DNA of 64,000 nucleotides from Candidatus Omnitrophota bacterium (GTDB taxonomy: Bacteria > Omnitrophota > Gorgyraeia > Gygaellales > Profunditerraquicolaceae). The notes under the pieces are model-generated. The model was not told the origin of the DNA, did not search any database, and was given only the letters and a program-made list of their open reading frames with translations. Positions 22,435-32,142 of this stretch are shown piece by piece; the stretch's first letter is position 1, and the number at the start of each line of letters is the position of its first letter. A program made the position numbers and the translations under genes. The stretch spans positions 13,326 through 77,325 of the forward strand of contig JAPLLX010000002.1 of NCBI GenBank assembly GCA_026387335.1, given 5' to 3'.

Positions 22435-23382
22435 ATGGCAGGATTAGATTTTGAAAAACCTATTGCTGAATTAGAAAAGAAAATCCAGGAATTAAGGCAT
22501 TTTGTCTCGGATAAAAAGATAGACCTTTCTTCCGAAGTAAAACGCCTGGAAGATAAGCTGGAGCATCTTAAGAAAGATACCTACACTAATCTTTCCGCCT
22601 GGCAGAGGGTGCAGCTTGCCCGCCATCCGCAAAGGCCCTATACTTTAGATTATATCAATCTGTTTATAACGGATTTTATAGAAATACACGGAGACAGGCA
22701 CTTTGCCGATGATAAAGCCATTGTCTGCGGCTTAGGCAAATTGGATAAACACAAAATTGCGGTTATCGGGCATCAAAAGGGCAGGGACACTAAGGAGAAT
22801 CTCCAGCGTAATTTCGGCTGCGCCCATCCGGAAGGATACCGTAAGGCGCTTAGAGTTATGCAGTTGGCGGAAGAATTCAATTTACCCGTGGTGATTTTCA
22901 TTGATACTCCCGGAGCCTATCCGGGCATAGGAGCGGAAGAGCGCGGGCAATCCCAGGCCATCGCGTTTAACTTGAGGGAGATGGCCTCTTTGGCTACGCC
23001 AATACTCTCTATAGTCATAGGAGAAGGCGGCTCAGGCGGAGCTTTAGGGGTGGGAGTAGCTGACCGGGTCTGTATATTAGAAAATTCATATTATTCCGTT
23101 ATATCTCCCGAAGGTTGCGCGGCAATATTATGGAAGGATGGTTCAAAGGCGCCTCAGGCAGCCGAAGTCTTAAAACTGACCGGCGCTGATTTGCTGGCCC
23201 TTAAGATTATTGATGAAGTGATCCCGGAGCCGTTAGGCGGCGCTCACCGGGATGTACAGAAAACAGCCCAGAATTTAAAAGAGGTAATAGTGAGAAACCT
23301 CAAAGAATTAAAAGCAATAGATAAAGAAGAACTCTTAAAATTAAGGTATAAGAAATTCCGCAGTATGGGTGTTGTGGCATGA
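22435..23382 (+). CDS. accA: Acetyl-CoA carboxylase carboxyltransferase alpha subunit
   Basis: Canonical AccA N-terminus [33 protein letters not shown] and a crotonase fold pattern throughout. Confidence 0.9.
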   Translation: MAGLDFEKPIAELEKKIQELRHFVSDKKIDLSSEVKRLEDKLEHLKKDTYTNLSAWQRVQLARHPQRPYTLDYINLFITDFIEIHGDRHFADDKAIVCGLGKLDKHKIAVIGHQKGRDTKENLQRNFGCAHPEGYRKALRVMQLAEEFNLPVVIFIDTPGAYPGIGAEERGQSQAIAFNLREMASLATPILSIVIGEGGSGGALGVGVADRVCILENSYYSVISPEGCAAILWKDGSKAPQAAEVLKLTGADLLALKIIDEVIPEPLGGAHRDVQKTAQNLKEVIVRNLKELKAIDKEELLKLRYKKFRSMGVVA

Positions 23383-23897
23383 TTGAGCAGGAACTATTAT
23401 TATTAGGGTTACTCAGGGAAGGCCCCAAGCACGGCTACGATATCAAGACTAAGATCAAACATATACTCTCCTTATTTGCCGGAGTAGAATTAAAATCCAT
23501 ATATTATCCGTTACGCATACTTGAAAAAAGAGGCCTGGTAGCAAAAAGGACGCTTAAACCGGGGAACAGGCCCAAGCGCATAGTTTACGCCCTGACTCCC
23601 AAAGGCCAAAGCCGCTTTAACGAGCTTCTGGGCAAGAGCCTGCTTAACCTGAAAAGGCCGCAGTTTAGCCTGGATTTAAGCCTCTATTTCTTGCACTACA
23701 TGAAGCCTCAAGCCGCCTGCCGGCGCTTGCGCGCAAGATTGCATATGCTGAATAAAATCTCCCGCGGCCTTGAACAGATGATTAAGAAATCCTCGAAAGA
23801 TAAGACTGTCTCCCTGGGGCGCATACTGGAGCATAACGTAAAGATGCTCAATACCGAATCCCGGTTTATCTCCTGGCTTATTGAGTCGATACATTAA
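23379..23897 (+). CDS. PadR family transcriptional regulator
   Basis: [20 protein letters not shown]...[14 protein letters not shown] is a PadR winged helix. 4-nt overlap with accA. Confidence 0.75.
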   Translation: MIEQELLLLGLLREGPKHGYDIKTKIKHILSLFAGVELKSIYYPLRILEKRGLVAKRTLKPGNRPKRIVYALTPKGQSRFNELLGKSLLNLKRPQFSLDLSLYFLHYMKPQAACRRLRARLHMLNKISRGLEQMIKKSSKDKTVSLGRILEHNVKMLNTESRFISWLIESIH

Positions 23898-23907
23898 CCA
23901 ATTTTTC

Positions 23908-23936
23908 TTGACACTGGCGGGATTATCTAATAAAAT
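23908..23936 (+). promoter_or_regulatory. Consensus sigma70 promoter TTGACA-N17-TAAAAT upstream of the 10-gene PKS-like/rSAM operon
   Basis: TTGACA at 23908-23913 and TAAAAT at 23931-23936. RBS AGAGGA lies 8 nt before the GTG start at 23989. Confidence 0.5.
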
Positions 23937-23988
23937 ATAGCTAATTTGAATAGTAAAATTTTACTATATTATAAGAGGAATAAAACTC

Positions 23989-24279
23989 GTGGATTGGGAT
24001 AAGGTTACGCAGGAAAAGCTTAAAATCATTGTCTCTAAGATCCCTGTTTTTCACCGCCATATTACCGAGCAGGCAGTGACTAAAGGGGCGCAAGAGCATG
24101 CCGCCAGAAGGAATTCCGCTAAGATAGAGGAGATAGATGTGATTAACGCCTTCTTCTCGGATGTCCCGGCCGCTTTTTACAGTATGATGGTCAGGCTCCT
24201 GGAGCAAAACGGGTTTGATTATAAAAAATACGGTTTTCCCAAAAATAGGGATGGGAGAACCGTCCCTGGAAAGTTATGA
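23989..24279 (+). CDS. Small PCP_red-like domain protein (protochlorophyllide-reductase BchB C-terminal-like domain)
   Basis: W..V...L...KIPVFHRHITEQAVTKGAQEHAARRNSAKIEEIDVINA resembles my recollection of the PF08369 pattern (W..A...L..iP.F.R......E..A...G...I). GTG start. This is family recall, not a computed hit. Confidence 0.35.
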   Translation: MDWDKVTQEKLKIIVSKIPVFHRHITEQAVTKGAQEHAARRNSAKIEEIDVINAFFSDVPAAFYSMMVRLLEQNGFDYKKYGFPKNRDGRTVPGKL

Positions 24280-25277
24280 AAATAGCAGTAATCGGCGCAG
24301 GCGCCATAGGCAGTTTAGTCGCGGGTTACCTAAAATTAAAAGGCGAAGATGTATATCTTGTCGGCCATAGCGATGCGGTTAAGGCGGTAAGAGAAAACGG
24401 CCTTAAGATTTCCGGAAGACGCGGTGACTTTAAGGTTGAGTTAGGCATCTACGAGATGCTTATCTCCCAGCCGGAACTTTTAATACTGGCGACAAAAACC
24501 CAGGATATTGAGCAGGCGCTCAAAGACAATCTTGGCCTGATTAAAGAGACCGTTGTTTTGACTACGCAGAACGGTATTCAGGCGGAGAAGATAGTTGCCG
24601 GGTTTATCCCTAAAAGTAATATTTTCTCAAGCATAGTGATGTTCGGCGCTACTTATTTAGAGCCGGGTAAAGTTGTGCATAACTTTGAAGGTAGCTGGGT
24701 TTTAGGGAGCATATTCTCTGAGATAACTGACCCCCGGATGCTTTCCTTAAGCCTGGTTTTGAATAAGGCGTTTCCCGCGGTTATCAGTAATGAGATAGCT
24801 GAGATGAAATACCTGAAGATCTTTGTCAATGCCAACAATTGCATCCCGGCTATATTAGGGGTAAGTATGCAGGAAGCCTTTCTCTCTCCCGAAGTGAGCA
24901 AAATAAGCATAGCTATCTGGAAAGAAGGTTTTCAGATAATATCAAAATTAGGGATTAAACTGGCTTCTCTGCCGGGTTTTCCGATAGAAAATATAACCCG
25001 GCTTATTTCCGTACCCAGCGATGAGGCCGCTAAAGTTTTCTCAGGGATCATGAGCAAATTAAGCAAGGATCCGCTCTACGGATCGATTTTACAGAGCATT
25101 AAAAGGGGAAGGTCCTCAGAGATCGATTACATCAACGGAGAATTTGTAAATTTAGCCGATGAGCACGGGCTAAAAGCGGACTTAAACCGAAAGTTAGTTC
25201 AGATGGTGCATGAAGTTGAAAAAACAAAGAGATTTTTTACCAAGGATGAGTTCTTAAGCGCGGTTAAGGATTATTAA
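24276..25277 (+). CDS. ApbA/PanE (ketopantoate reductase) family NAD(P)-dependent oxidoreductase
   Basis: Rossmann N-terminus MKIAVIGAGAIGSLVAGYL and the ApbA_C region SSEIDYINGEFVNLADEHGL. Confidence 0.7.
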   Translation: MKIAVIGAGAIGSLVAGYLKLKGEDVYLVGHSDAVKAVRENGLKISGRRGDFKVELGIYEMLISQPELLILATKTQDIEQALKDNLGLIKETVVLTTQNGIQAEKIVAGFIPKSNIFSSIVMFGATYLEPGKVVHNFEGSWVLGSIFSEITDPRMLSLSLVLNKAFPAVISNEIAEMKYLKIFVNANNCIPAILGVSMQEAFLSPEVSKISIAIWKEGFQIISKLGIKLASLPGFPIENITRLISVPSDEAAKVFSGIMSKLSKDPLYGSILQSIKRGRSSEIDYINGEFVNLADEHGLKADLNRKLVQMVHEVEKTKRFFTKDEFLSAVKDY

Positions 25278-25283
25278 ACTAAA

Positions 25284-25880
25284 ATGTCTGGAGTAAGTTC
25301 ACCTTTCCCAAAACTAAAACTCACGGTTAGCGCAGTTGCGGGCGTTTGTTACCACGGATATAAAGCCGGCGATGAGATTATCCTGGAAGATTTTACGCAT
25401 CCGCCTAAGCATTTTTGCCTGGGGCTGGCCCACGCGTTATTTCCCGTCATATACGCTTTAAGTTTCGGCGCTAAATTCGGCTTCCGCGATAATCAGCGTT
25501 CGCTGCTGGTGACTTGTCCTGACGGAGGGAAGCTGGAATTTAAAGCCGAGATTTTAGACAAAGACGGCAAGGTGGAAACTTTAGCTAAAGACCCGAATCA
25601 TAAATTTAATCCTAAAAAGATGGTCATTGAAGTGGTTAAGGCAAAAGGAAAATGCACATTTGGGTATAAGGTGGGAGATAAATGGGAGACTCTGGGGTTA
25701 AAATGCATACCCGGATTCTGCGGCGCGGCGTTTCATACCGCTTTTCCGGCGCTGTTTGCCTTAAATTTCGGAGCTAAGTTTTTCTTTATGGATAATCCGG
25801 ATGCGATTGATACCGTAACCTGCCCTGATGGAGGGAACATTGTTTTTAAGGTAACGAGAGTAGAAGAGGAGAAAAAATAA
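25284..25880 (+). CDS. Tandem-duplicated small Cys/His-rich domain protein (each repeat about 90 aa; resembles what I recall of the TIGR04076 family)
   Basis: Internal repeat visible by eye: CYHGYKAGDE...HFCLGLAHALFPVIYALSFGAKFGF.DN...VTCPDGGKLEFK, then CTFGYKVGDK...GFCGAAFHTAFPALFALNFGAKFFF.DN...VTCPDGGNIVFK. Confidence 0.4.
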   Translation: MSGVSSPFPKLKLTVSAVAGVCYHGYKAGDEIILEDFTHPPKHFCLGLAHALFPVIYALSFGAKFGFRDNQRSLLVTCPDGGKLEFKAEILDKDGKVETLAKDPNHKFNPKKMVIEVVKAKGKCTFGYKVGDKWETLGLKCIPGFCGAAFHTAFPALFALNFGAKFFFMDNPDAIDTVTCPDGGNIVFKVTRVEEEKK

Positions 25881-25884
25881 TTTT

Positions 25885-27147
25885 ATGAATAAACGTAGAG
25901 TAGTGATTACGGGAATCGGAGTAGTTTCTCCTAATGGTATCGGTAAAGATAAAGTTTATCAGGCGATGTGTAACGGCGTATCCGGGATAAGGCGGGTAGA
26001 TGGTTTTGATGTCTCGGTATTTAATACCAAGATTGCCGCCGAGGTGCGGGATTTTGATCCGTTCAAATTAGGGCTTAACCATGACGAAGCTGTGCGTATG
26101 GATAGATACGTGCAGTTTGGAGTCGTCGCCGGAAATATGGCAATTAAGGATAGCGGGATTGATTTTTCTAAAATTGACCCCGGGCGCGTAGGGGTTTGCC
26201 TGGCCAACGCTATCTGCGGGACAAAATATATGGAAGAAGAATTTGCCTTCGTAACCGACGACGGTAAAAATCCCATTGATCCGTCAAAGGTCAGGCCGGA
26301 CCTCTATGATGCGGCGATGTTTAATACGCCTTCCATTGAATTATCGGCCAAATACCATCTTAAGGGAATATGCAACACTCTTTCTACGGGTTGCACAGCC
26401 GGGACTGACGCGCTCGGATTTGGCCTGGAGACCATCCAGGACGGCGAGGAGGATGTTATGATTTGCGGCGCTGCCGAAGCTCCGATTACGCCGATTACTT
26501 TTGGCGCGTTTGATGTGGTGAATGTTTTATCCTGCCGCAATGATGACCCGCAAGGGTCAAGCCGCCCTTTTGATAATAAGCGTGACGGTTTTGTCTTAAG
26601 CGAAGGCGCCGGGATTTTAATCTTAGAGGAGTTAAACCACGCGTTGAAACGCAACGCCCGCATTTATTGCGAAGTTTTAGGATTCGGCACTAGCTGTAAC
26701 GCCTTTCATATGACTGACCTTCCCGGAGACGGAGACGCTATGACCAACTGTATAACCCTGGCCTTAAAAGATTCCGGGATCAAACCGCGGGAGATAGACT
26801 ATATCAGCGCCCACGGTTCCAGCACCAAGATGAACGATATATTTGAAACTAATGCTTACAAGACAGTTTTTGGCGACTACGCCTATAAGCTTCCCATAAG
26901 CTCGCTTAAATCTATGATCGGCCATCCCTTAGCCGCGGCCAACGCCGTTGAGCTTACCGTATGTTCAATGATTTTTGAGAAGAATATCCTTCCGCCGACC
27001 ATCAACCAGGAAGAAAAAGACCCTTTATGCGACTTGAATTACATTCCGAATAAGGCCATTGAAAAGAAAGTAGACACCATTATTAAAACCAGCTCGGGTT
27101 TTTCCGGGATTCATTCTTCGTTGATATTAAGGAGATATAGTGGATAA
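25885..27147 (+). CDS. Beta-ketoacyl synthase, catalytically complete (KS-alpha / FabF-like; Cys-His-His-Lys present)
   Basis: Active-site Cys in LSTGCTAGTDALG, His1 in AFHMTD, His2 in ISAHGSST, Lys in LKSMIGHPLAAANA (GHxxGAAG-like). Confidence 0.85.
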   Translation: MNKRRVVITGIGVVSPNGIGKDKVYQAMCNGVSGIRRVDGFDVSVFNTKIAAEVRDFDPFKLGLNHDEAVRMDRYVQFGVVAGNMAIKDSGIDFSKIDPGRVGVCLANAICGTKYMEEEFAFVTDDGKNPIDPSKVRPDLYDAAMFNTPSIELSAKYHLKGICNTLSTGCTAGTDALGFGLETIQDGEEDVMICGAAEAPITPITFGAFDVVNVLSCRNDDPQGSSRPFDNKRDGFVLSEGAGILILEELNHALKRNARIYCEVLGFGTSCNAFHMTDLPGDGDAMTNCITLALKDSGIKPREIDYISAHGSSTKMNDIFETNAYKTVFGDYAYKLPISSLKSMIGHPLAAANAVELTVCSMIFEKNILPPTINQEEKDPLCDLNYIPNKAIEKKVDTIIKTSSGFSGIHSSLILRRYSG

Positions 27148-28366
27148 AATAGCGGTTACAGGCATAGGCATAGTTAGCCCTTCAGGGATAAATAAAAGGC
27201 AATTTTGGGCGAATATAAAAGCCGGCCGCTCTTTTGTCAAAGAGATTACCCGCTTTGACGCTTCCAAATACCCATCACGTATCGCCGGTCAAATTGACGA
27301 ATTAAATAAATACAGCAATATTTCCGAGAGGCTGCTGAAAAAAATCGACGCCTTTTCGCACATGGCCCTGATCGCCTCGGAATTAGCGCTGCAGGACGCC
27401 GGAATTGATATAAAAAATGAAGACCCGAACTTAGTCGGCATATTTTTAGGCAACGCTATCGGCGGCTGGCTTTATGCCGAGACTGAGCTACGCGATTTGT
27501 ATATTGAAGGCCGCGAGGGAGTATCGCCCTATATGGCTTCAGCTTGGTTTCCCGCCGCGCCGCAAGGCCAGGTATCCATTTATTACGGTATCAAAGGTTT
27601 TTCTAAAACAGTAGTCGCGGACAGGGCCAGTTCCTTGATGGCTTTAGGTTACGCCCGAAAAGTCTTAAATAAAAATAAACTTAATATGATTTTATCCGGC
27701 GGAATGGAAGCGCCGGTTACGCCCTACGCTCTTTTATGCTGCAGCACTTACGGAGCTCTTTCCAAAAATAATGCTCGTCCCCAAGAAGCTTACCGGCCTT
27801 TTGATAAAAAGCGCGACGGTTGCGTGATTGGCGAAGGCGCCGGAATCGTGGTTATGGAGAGCATCGCGCGCGCGGCTAAAAGAGGGGTAAAGCCGTTGGC
27901 TTATATTTCAGGATACGCCGCGACCTGCGACGGGCTAGACCGGATTAATTGCGCCAGCGACGGTAAGGAGTTAGCCCGGGCGATTACCTTAGCGCTGGCT
28001 GACGCAAAAACTAACGCCGGCGAAATTGATTACATAAGCTTAGACGGACTGGCCCTGGATTTATGGGATAACTCCGAGTTAAGCGCGATAAAAAGTATTT
28101 TTAAAGAAAGGGCAAAGGATATTCCGCTGAGTTGCCCTAAATCCATGTTTGGGAATTTGCTGGGAGCCTCGGGAGTAGTGGATATGATTACTACTATTTT
28201 GGCAATGGAGAATAATCTTATACCGGTTACCTTAAATTTGGAGGAGCCCAGCGTTAAAGGGTTTAATTATGTTACTAAAGAAGCAAAGGAACATAAAATA
28301 AATAAGGCCTTGGTAATCTCGCGCGGAAGAGGCGGGATAAATTCGGTCTTAGTAGTGGAAAAGTAA
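27140..28366 (+). CDS. KS-beta / chain-length-factor-like ketosynthase paralog lacking the catalytic Cys and both His
   Basis: KS fold (N-terminus MDKIAVTGIGIVSP). The Cys position reads VVADRASSL, His1 is YISLDGLAL, His2 is KSMFGNLLGASG (His to Asn). 8-nt overlap with the KS-alpha gene. Confidence 0.7.
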   Translation: MDKIAVTGIGIVSPSGINKRQFWANIKAGRSFVKEITRFDASKYPSRIAGQIDELNKYSNISERLLKKIDAFSHMALIASELALQDAGIDIKNEDPNLVGIFLGNAIGGWLYAETELRDLYIEGREGVSPYMASAWFPAAPQGQVSIYYGIKGFSKTVVADRASSLMALGYARKVLNKNKLNMILSGGMEAPVTPYALLCCSTYGALSKNNARPQEAYRPFDKKRDGCVIGEGAGIVVMESIARAAKRGVKPLAYISGYAATCDGLDRINCASDGKELARAITLALADAKTNAGEIDYISLDGLALDLWDNSELSAIKSIFKERAKDIPLSCPKSMFGNLLGASGVVDMITTILAMENNLIPVTLNLEEPSVKGFNYVTKEAKEHKINKALVISRGRGGINSVLVVEK

Positions 28367-28384
28367 AAAGTTAGAGGAGGAATT

Positions 28385-29845
28385 ATGAAGATTTTATTTG
28401 TTATGCCGAAAGTCGGAGCCTGGGCAACGCACGGAATACACCGTTCACCAAATCAGCTCTACGCCCATTGGGCAGCGTACGCGCGCGAAAGAGGGTATGA
28501 GGACGTAGCGGTTATAGACGGTAAGGCTGACCAGATACCTATGGAGCAGTTGGTTGAGCAGGTAAAGCAGAAGAATCCCGATATCGTGGTCATGGGCGAA
28601 CAGCTGCACGGTTATGGCGGCTACGGAGTTTTACGCCATTTTAAGGATGCCGCCGCCGGTATAAAAAAAGCGCTTCCTAAAACAAAAATTATTCTGGGCG
28701 GGTTATGGTATTCGGCAATGCCCGTACCGACATTAGAGGAAAATCCCGCTGTAGATTTTGTAGTGATGGGCGAAGAGGAGTCTTTTGGGGACCTGATTGA
28801 AGCAATAGATAAAAATAAGCCTCTTAAAGACGTGGGTGGAGTAACTTCGCGCATTGATGGCCAAATCGTTATGGGGCCGCATAAACCGTTGCTGGAAGAT
28901 TTGGATAAGTTACCCCTGCCGGCTTATGATTTGTTTCCTATGGATAAATATGTGGGTCACACTTATTGGAAGCCTTTTGTGGATATGGTTACTTCCCGCG
29001 GATGTCCATCGGCTTGCACTTTTTGTTATGAATGGGACCAGTTTGACCCCCGCTCTCCGTCGGATTTCCTGAAGTGGCGGGCTAAATCCCCGGAAAGAGT
29101 TATGGAAGAACTTAATCTTCTACACAGAAAATACGGGGTTAAAGTCGTGGTTATTCAGGATGATAATTTCAATGTCGATCCGGCGAGGGTGAAAAAATTC
29201 TGCGAGCTGAAGAAAGCGTCTAATAATCCGATTAAATGGGTTTCTCTGGGCCGGGCGATAGATTGGGTTAATTGCGAATCCATCCTGCCCTTAATGAAGG
29301 AAAACGGTTTATTTATGGGCGTTTTCGGCATTGAGGTTACCACTCAGTCAGAGCTTAAGAAAATCGCTAAAGGTATCACCATTGATCAGATCAAGAAAAC
29401 TATAGAGATGTTCCGTAAAAACGATATCGCCATTGTCGCCGATATTATGATGGGTTTTGATTATGATACCGAAGAAATTGTTAAGCAGCGTTTTGAGTTT
29501 ACTGACCAGGTGGACCCGGATGTCCTCTGGGTGGGTTATGTTACTCCCGCTCCGAATTCACCAATGTGGAGGATTGCTTTAAAGAAAAAGTGGATGGACC
29601 CTAAGAAGGTAGATTTTAGCCAATGGGACTTTTTGCATCCGGTAATTCCTACGGACCATCTTTCCACAGAAGACTTAGGGCGCCTGGGTTCATGGTGTAT
29701 GCGGGAATTTTTCTCCAAGCCCGGCCGCATTAATAGGATCATGGAGAGCAATTTTGATCCTTTGGCCAAGCTTTGTTTCAAGGATGTTATGGATGGTATT
29801 AACAAGTGGGAAGCAGCCGCGACCAAGGGCGAAGTGCAGATATAA
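28385..29845 (+). CDS. B12-binding radical SAM enzyme (class B rSAM)
   Basis: N-terminal cobalamin-binding-like Rossmann domain (MKILFVMP...IVVMG...IILGG), then the radical SAM cluster motif CPSACTFC (CxxxCxxC). 486 aa. RBS AGAGGAGG. Confidence 0.85.
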   Translation: MKILFVMPKVGAWATHGIHRSPNQLYAHWAAYARERGYEDVAVIDGKADQIPMEQLVEQVKQKNPDIVVMGEQLHGYGGYGVLRHFKDAAAGIKKALPKTKIILGGLWYSAMPVPTLEENPAVDFVVMGEEESFGDLIEAIDKNKPLKDVGGVTSRIDGQIVMGPHKPLLEDLDKLPLPAYDLFPMDKYVGHTYWKPFVDMVTSRGCPSACTFCYEWDQFDPRSPSDFLKWRAKSPERVMEELNLLHRKYGVKVVVIQDDNFNVDPARVKKFCELKKASNNPIKWVSLGRAIDWVNCESILPLMKENGLFMGVFGIEVTTQSELKKIAKGITIDQIKKTIEMFRKNDIAIVADIMMGFDYDTEEIVKQRFEFTDQVDPDVLWVGYVTPAPNSPMWRIALKKKWMDPKKVDFSQWDFLHPVIPTDHLSTEDLGRLGSWCMREFFSKPGRINRIMESNFDPLAKLCFKDVMDGINKWEAAATKGEVQI

Positions 29846-29860
29846 GCTAGCGGAGGAAAG

Positions 29861-30097
29861 ATGGAGACAAAACAGAAAATTAAAGAAGTGCTGGTTGACC
29901 TGCTTAAGGTAAAGCCTGAAGAATTAAAAGATGCTGTTGCCTTGCAAGAGAGTATCGGCGTAGATTCTACCGAAATAGTGGAATCGGTTATCGCCCTGGA
30001 AAAGGCGTTTGGGGTGAAACTTAGCCCGAAAGAGATTACCAAGTCTTCCAGTATAGACGATATCGCGATAGTTGTGCAGTCCAAACTTAAAGCCTAA
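29861..30097 (+). CDS. Acyl carrier protein
   Basis: 78 aa; phosphopantetheine-attachment motif GVDSTEIVESVIALEKAFG (DS- Ser). Confidence 0.8.
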   Translation: METKQKIKEVLVDLLKVKPEELKDAVALQESIGVDSTEIVESVIALEKAFGVKLSPKEITKSSSIDDIAIVVQSKLKA

Positions 30098-30895
30098 ATG
30101 AAGATAATTGACTTAAGCCTTCCTATAGACGATAAGGCGTTTGAAGTCCACAAGGTAGCCATTGAACGGGTGACCCATAAGGCGGGAGTGGAGAAATTTA
30201 ACCGCGTGATTATGGGGAAAACTCTCTCCGGGAGGATCAAGTATCTCCTCGGTAAGCGCATACTTAAGAAAGAAGACCTGCCTGACGAGGAATTTTTATC
30301 GCTGGAAATAGTGCATTCTCCTGTTCACATCGGCACCCACCTGGATTACTCATTCCATTACGGCTCAAAATCAGAGGGTAGGCCTTCCAAGACCGCGGAA
30401 GATATCCCGCTGGAATATTGTTATCAGGATGGCGTTAAGCTGGATTTGACCCACAAAAAACCCAACGAAACAATTTCATCAACTGACATTGAAGCGGCGC
30501 TCTCAAAAATCAATTATAAATTAAAACCTTGGGATATTGTTTTCCTATTTACCGGAGCGGATAAGTTTTACGGCTCCCCGCAGTATTTCTCGGATTATCC
30601 GGGAATTGATATTTCGGCGATAGATTATCTTCTAGATAGAGGGATAAAGATTTTTGGCGTAGATACTATGGGCATAGACAGGCCATACAGGTTTATGTTA
30701 AAAGAGTTCTTAGAGAAAAAAGACCCTAAGGCGCTCTACCCGGCGCATTTCTACGGCAGGAAAAGAGAGTTTATCCATATTGAAAGGCTGGCGAATTTAG
30801 AAAAACTTCCGGCTTTCGGATTTAAGGTAATTTGTTTTCCGGTAAAGATTAAACAGACCGGAGCAGCATGGTCGAGAGTAGTTGCCATATTATAA
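30098..30895 (+). CDS. Putative cyclase family protein (PF04199, kynurenine-formamidase-like metal-dependent cyclase/hydrolase)
   Basis: Signature HSPVHIGTHLDYSFHYG (HxGTHxDxPxH-type). The start abuts the ACP stop. Confidence 0.7.
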   Translation: MKIIDLSLPIDDKAFEVHKVAIERVTHKAGVEKFNRVIMGKTLSGRIKYLLGKRILKKEDLPDEEFLSLEIVHSPVHIGTHLDYSFHYGSKSEGRPSKTAEDIPLEYCYQDGVKLDLTHKKPNETISSTDIEAALSKINYKLKPWDIVFLFTGADKFYGSPQYFSDYPGIDISAIDYLLDRGIKIFGVDTMGIDRPYRFMLKEFLEKKDPKALYPAHFYGRKREFIHIERLANLEKLPAFGFKVICFPVKIKQTGAAWSRVVAIL

Positions 30896-30906
30896 GGGAG
30901 GTTAAG

Positions 30907-31347
30907 ATGGGACATACTTGTAATTCAATTATAATTAACGCGCCGTATGATCTGGTTTTTGATATTTCTAACGATATACCGCGTTGGACTGAATTATTCG
31001 GAAGTGAATACAAGAAAGCGGAGATTGTAAAAAGAGAAGAGAATAAGATTACTTTTCGCCTGACCGATGATGAGGATAAATCCTGGATTTCCTGGAGGTT
31101 ATTGTTTAAGGATAAATTTTTTACTTATTCCGAAAGGCAGGAGCCGAAATTTCCGTTTAAATATATGAAGATCGTCTGGCTCTATACGCAAAAGCCGGAA
31201 GGAACAGCGCTAACCTGGATACAACATTTTGAAATGGACGACAAAGCTAAATTTAACGATGAGCAGGTAGAAGGTTTTATCAACAAGCATTCCAAAGACA
31301 ATCTTTTAATTTTTAAGAATGTGATTGAAAAGGCAGCAGCAAAGTAA
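30907..31347 (+). CDS. SRPBCC / Polyketide_cyc2-like small protein (aromatase/cyclase-like lipid-binding fold)
   Basis: About 145 aa; SIIINAPYDLVFDISNDIPRWTELF is a START/Bet v1-like N-terminal beta-strand pattern. GGGAGG RBS before the ATG at 30907 (the ORF track's 30868 start overlaps the previous gene). Confidence 0.45.
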   Translation: MGHTCNSIIINAPYDLVFDISNDIPRWTELFGSEYKKAEIVKREENKITFRLTDDEDKSWISWRLLFKDKFFTYSERQEPKFPFKYMKIVWLYTQKPEGTALTWIQHFEMDDKAKFNDEQVEGFINKHSKDNLLIFKNVIEKAAAK

Positions 31348-31363
31348 TTTTAGGAGGTAACCC

Positions 31364-32140
31364 ATGAATCAGGAATTAAAAGGTAAGGTAGCGATTGTAA
31401 CAGGAGCCAGCCGGGGTATTGGTAAGGCCCTGGCCTGCACCGCGGCAAGTCTTGGGATTAATTTAGCTATTGCCGCCCGCGGCGAAGGACCGTTAAAAGA
31501 AACAGCTGATGAGATCGCCAAGAAATACAAGGTAGATGTATTAGCTGTTCCTTGTGATGTCACTAAATTAGAAGATTTAGAGAATTTGGTGAACAAAGCC
31601 AAGGAAAAATTTGGTAAAATCGATATTTTGATCAATAACGCCGGAGTTTCATCCCAATATCCATTCCAGGAGCAGCCGATTGAGGATTTTGAAAGGCTGG
31701 CCCATACGAATTATTTAGGATATGTGCGCCTGATCCGTTTGGTTATTAACGATATGATTAAGAATAAGTCCGGGGCGATAATCAATATGGTTTCCGGCTC
31801 AACCCTTTGCGACCCGCTACCAAGGAATTTTATCGTCTATAGTTCGCTTAAAGTCGGTTTACGCGCTTTTTCCAAGGGCCTTTTCTGGGAACTACGCGAC
31901 CACGGTATAAAAGTAACTTCGATATTGCCCGGAGTTACGGACACTGATCTGACCGGTAAATTAAAAGAGATTACCAGCCAAACTTCCAGGCTGATGAGCA
32001 CCGAGGCAATTGAAGACGCGGTGAGGTTTGCTCTGACCGTGCCAGCGAATGTCTGTCCGTTAGAGATTGCCGTAATTAATCAACAGACACCCTGGACCGC
32101 GCCGGTAATACCATTTGAGCAGAAGCATCCCGGGAAATAA
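31364..32140 (+). CDS. Short-chain dehydrogenase/reductase (ketoreductase-like SDR)
   Basis: TGASRGIG cofactor motif, NNAG, catalytic S...YxxxK (YSSLK). Confidence 0.85.
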   Translation: MNQELKGKVAIVTGASRGIGKALACTAASLGINLAIAARGEGPLKETADEIAKKYKVDVLAVPCDVTKLEDLENLVNKAKEKFGKIDILINNAGVSSQYPFQEQPIEDFERLAHTNYLGYVRLIRLVINDMIKNKSGAIINMVSGSTLCDPLPRNFIVYSSLKVGLRAFSKGLFWELRDHGIKVTSILPGVTDTDLTGKLKEITSQTSRLMSTEAIEDAVRFALTVPANVCPLEIAVINQQTPWTAPVIPFEQKHPGK

Positions 32141-32142
32141 AA

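Noticed and set aside
25885-28366. The KS pair as ordinary FabF/FabB fatty-acid synthases
   Set aside because: The second copy lacks all three catalytic residues and is translationally coupled. There is no fabZ/fabI/fabD/fabH/fabG-ACP housekeeping context. Cyclases and a B12-rSAM accompany it. A dedicated secondary-metabolite role fits better, though this needs phylogeny.
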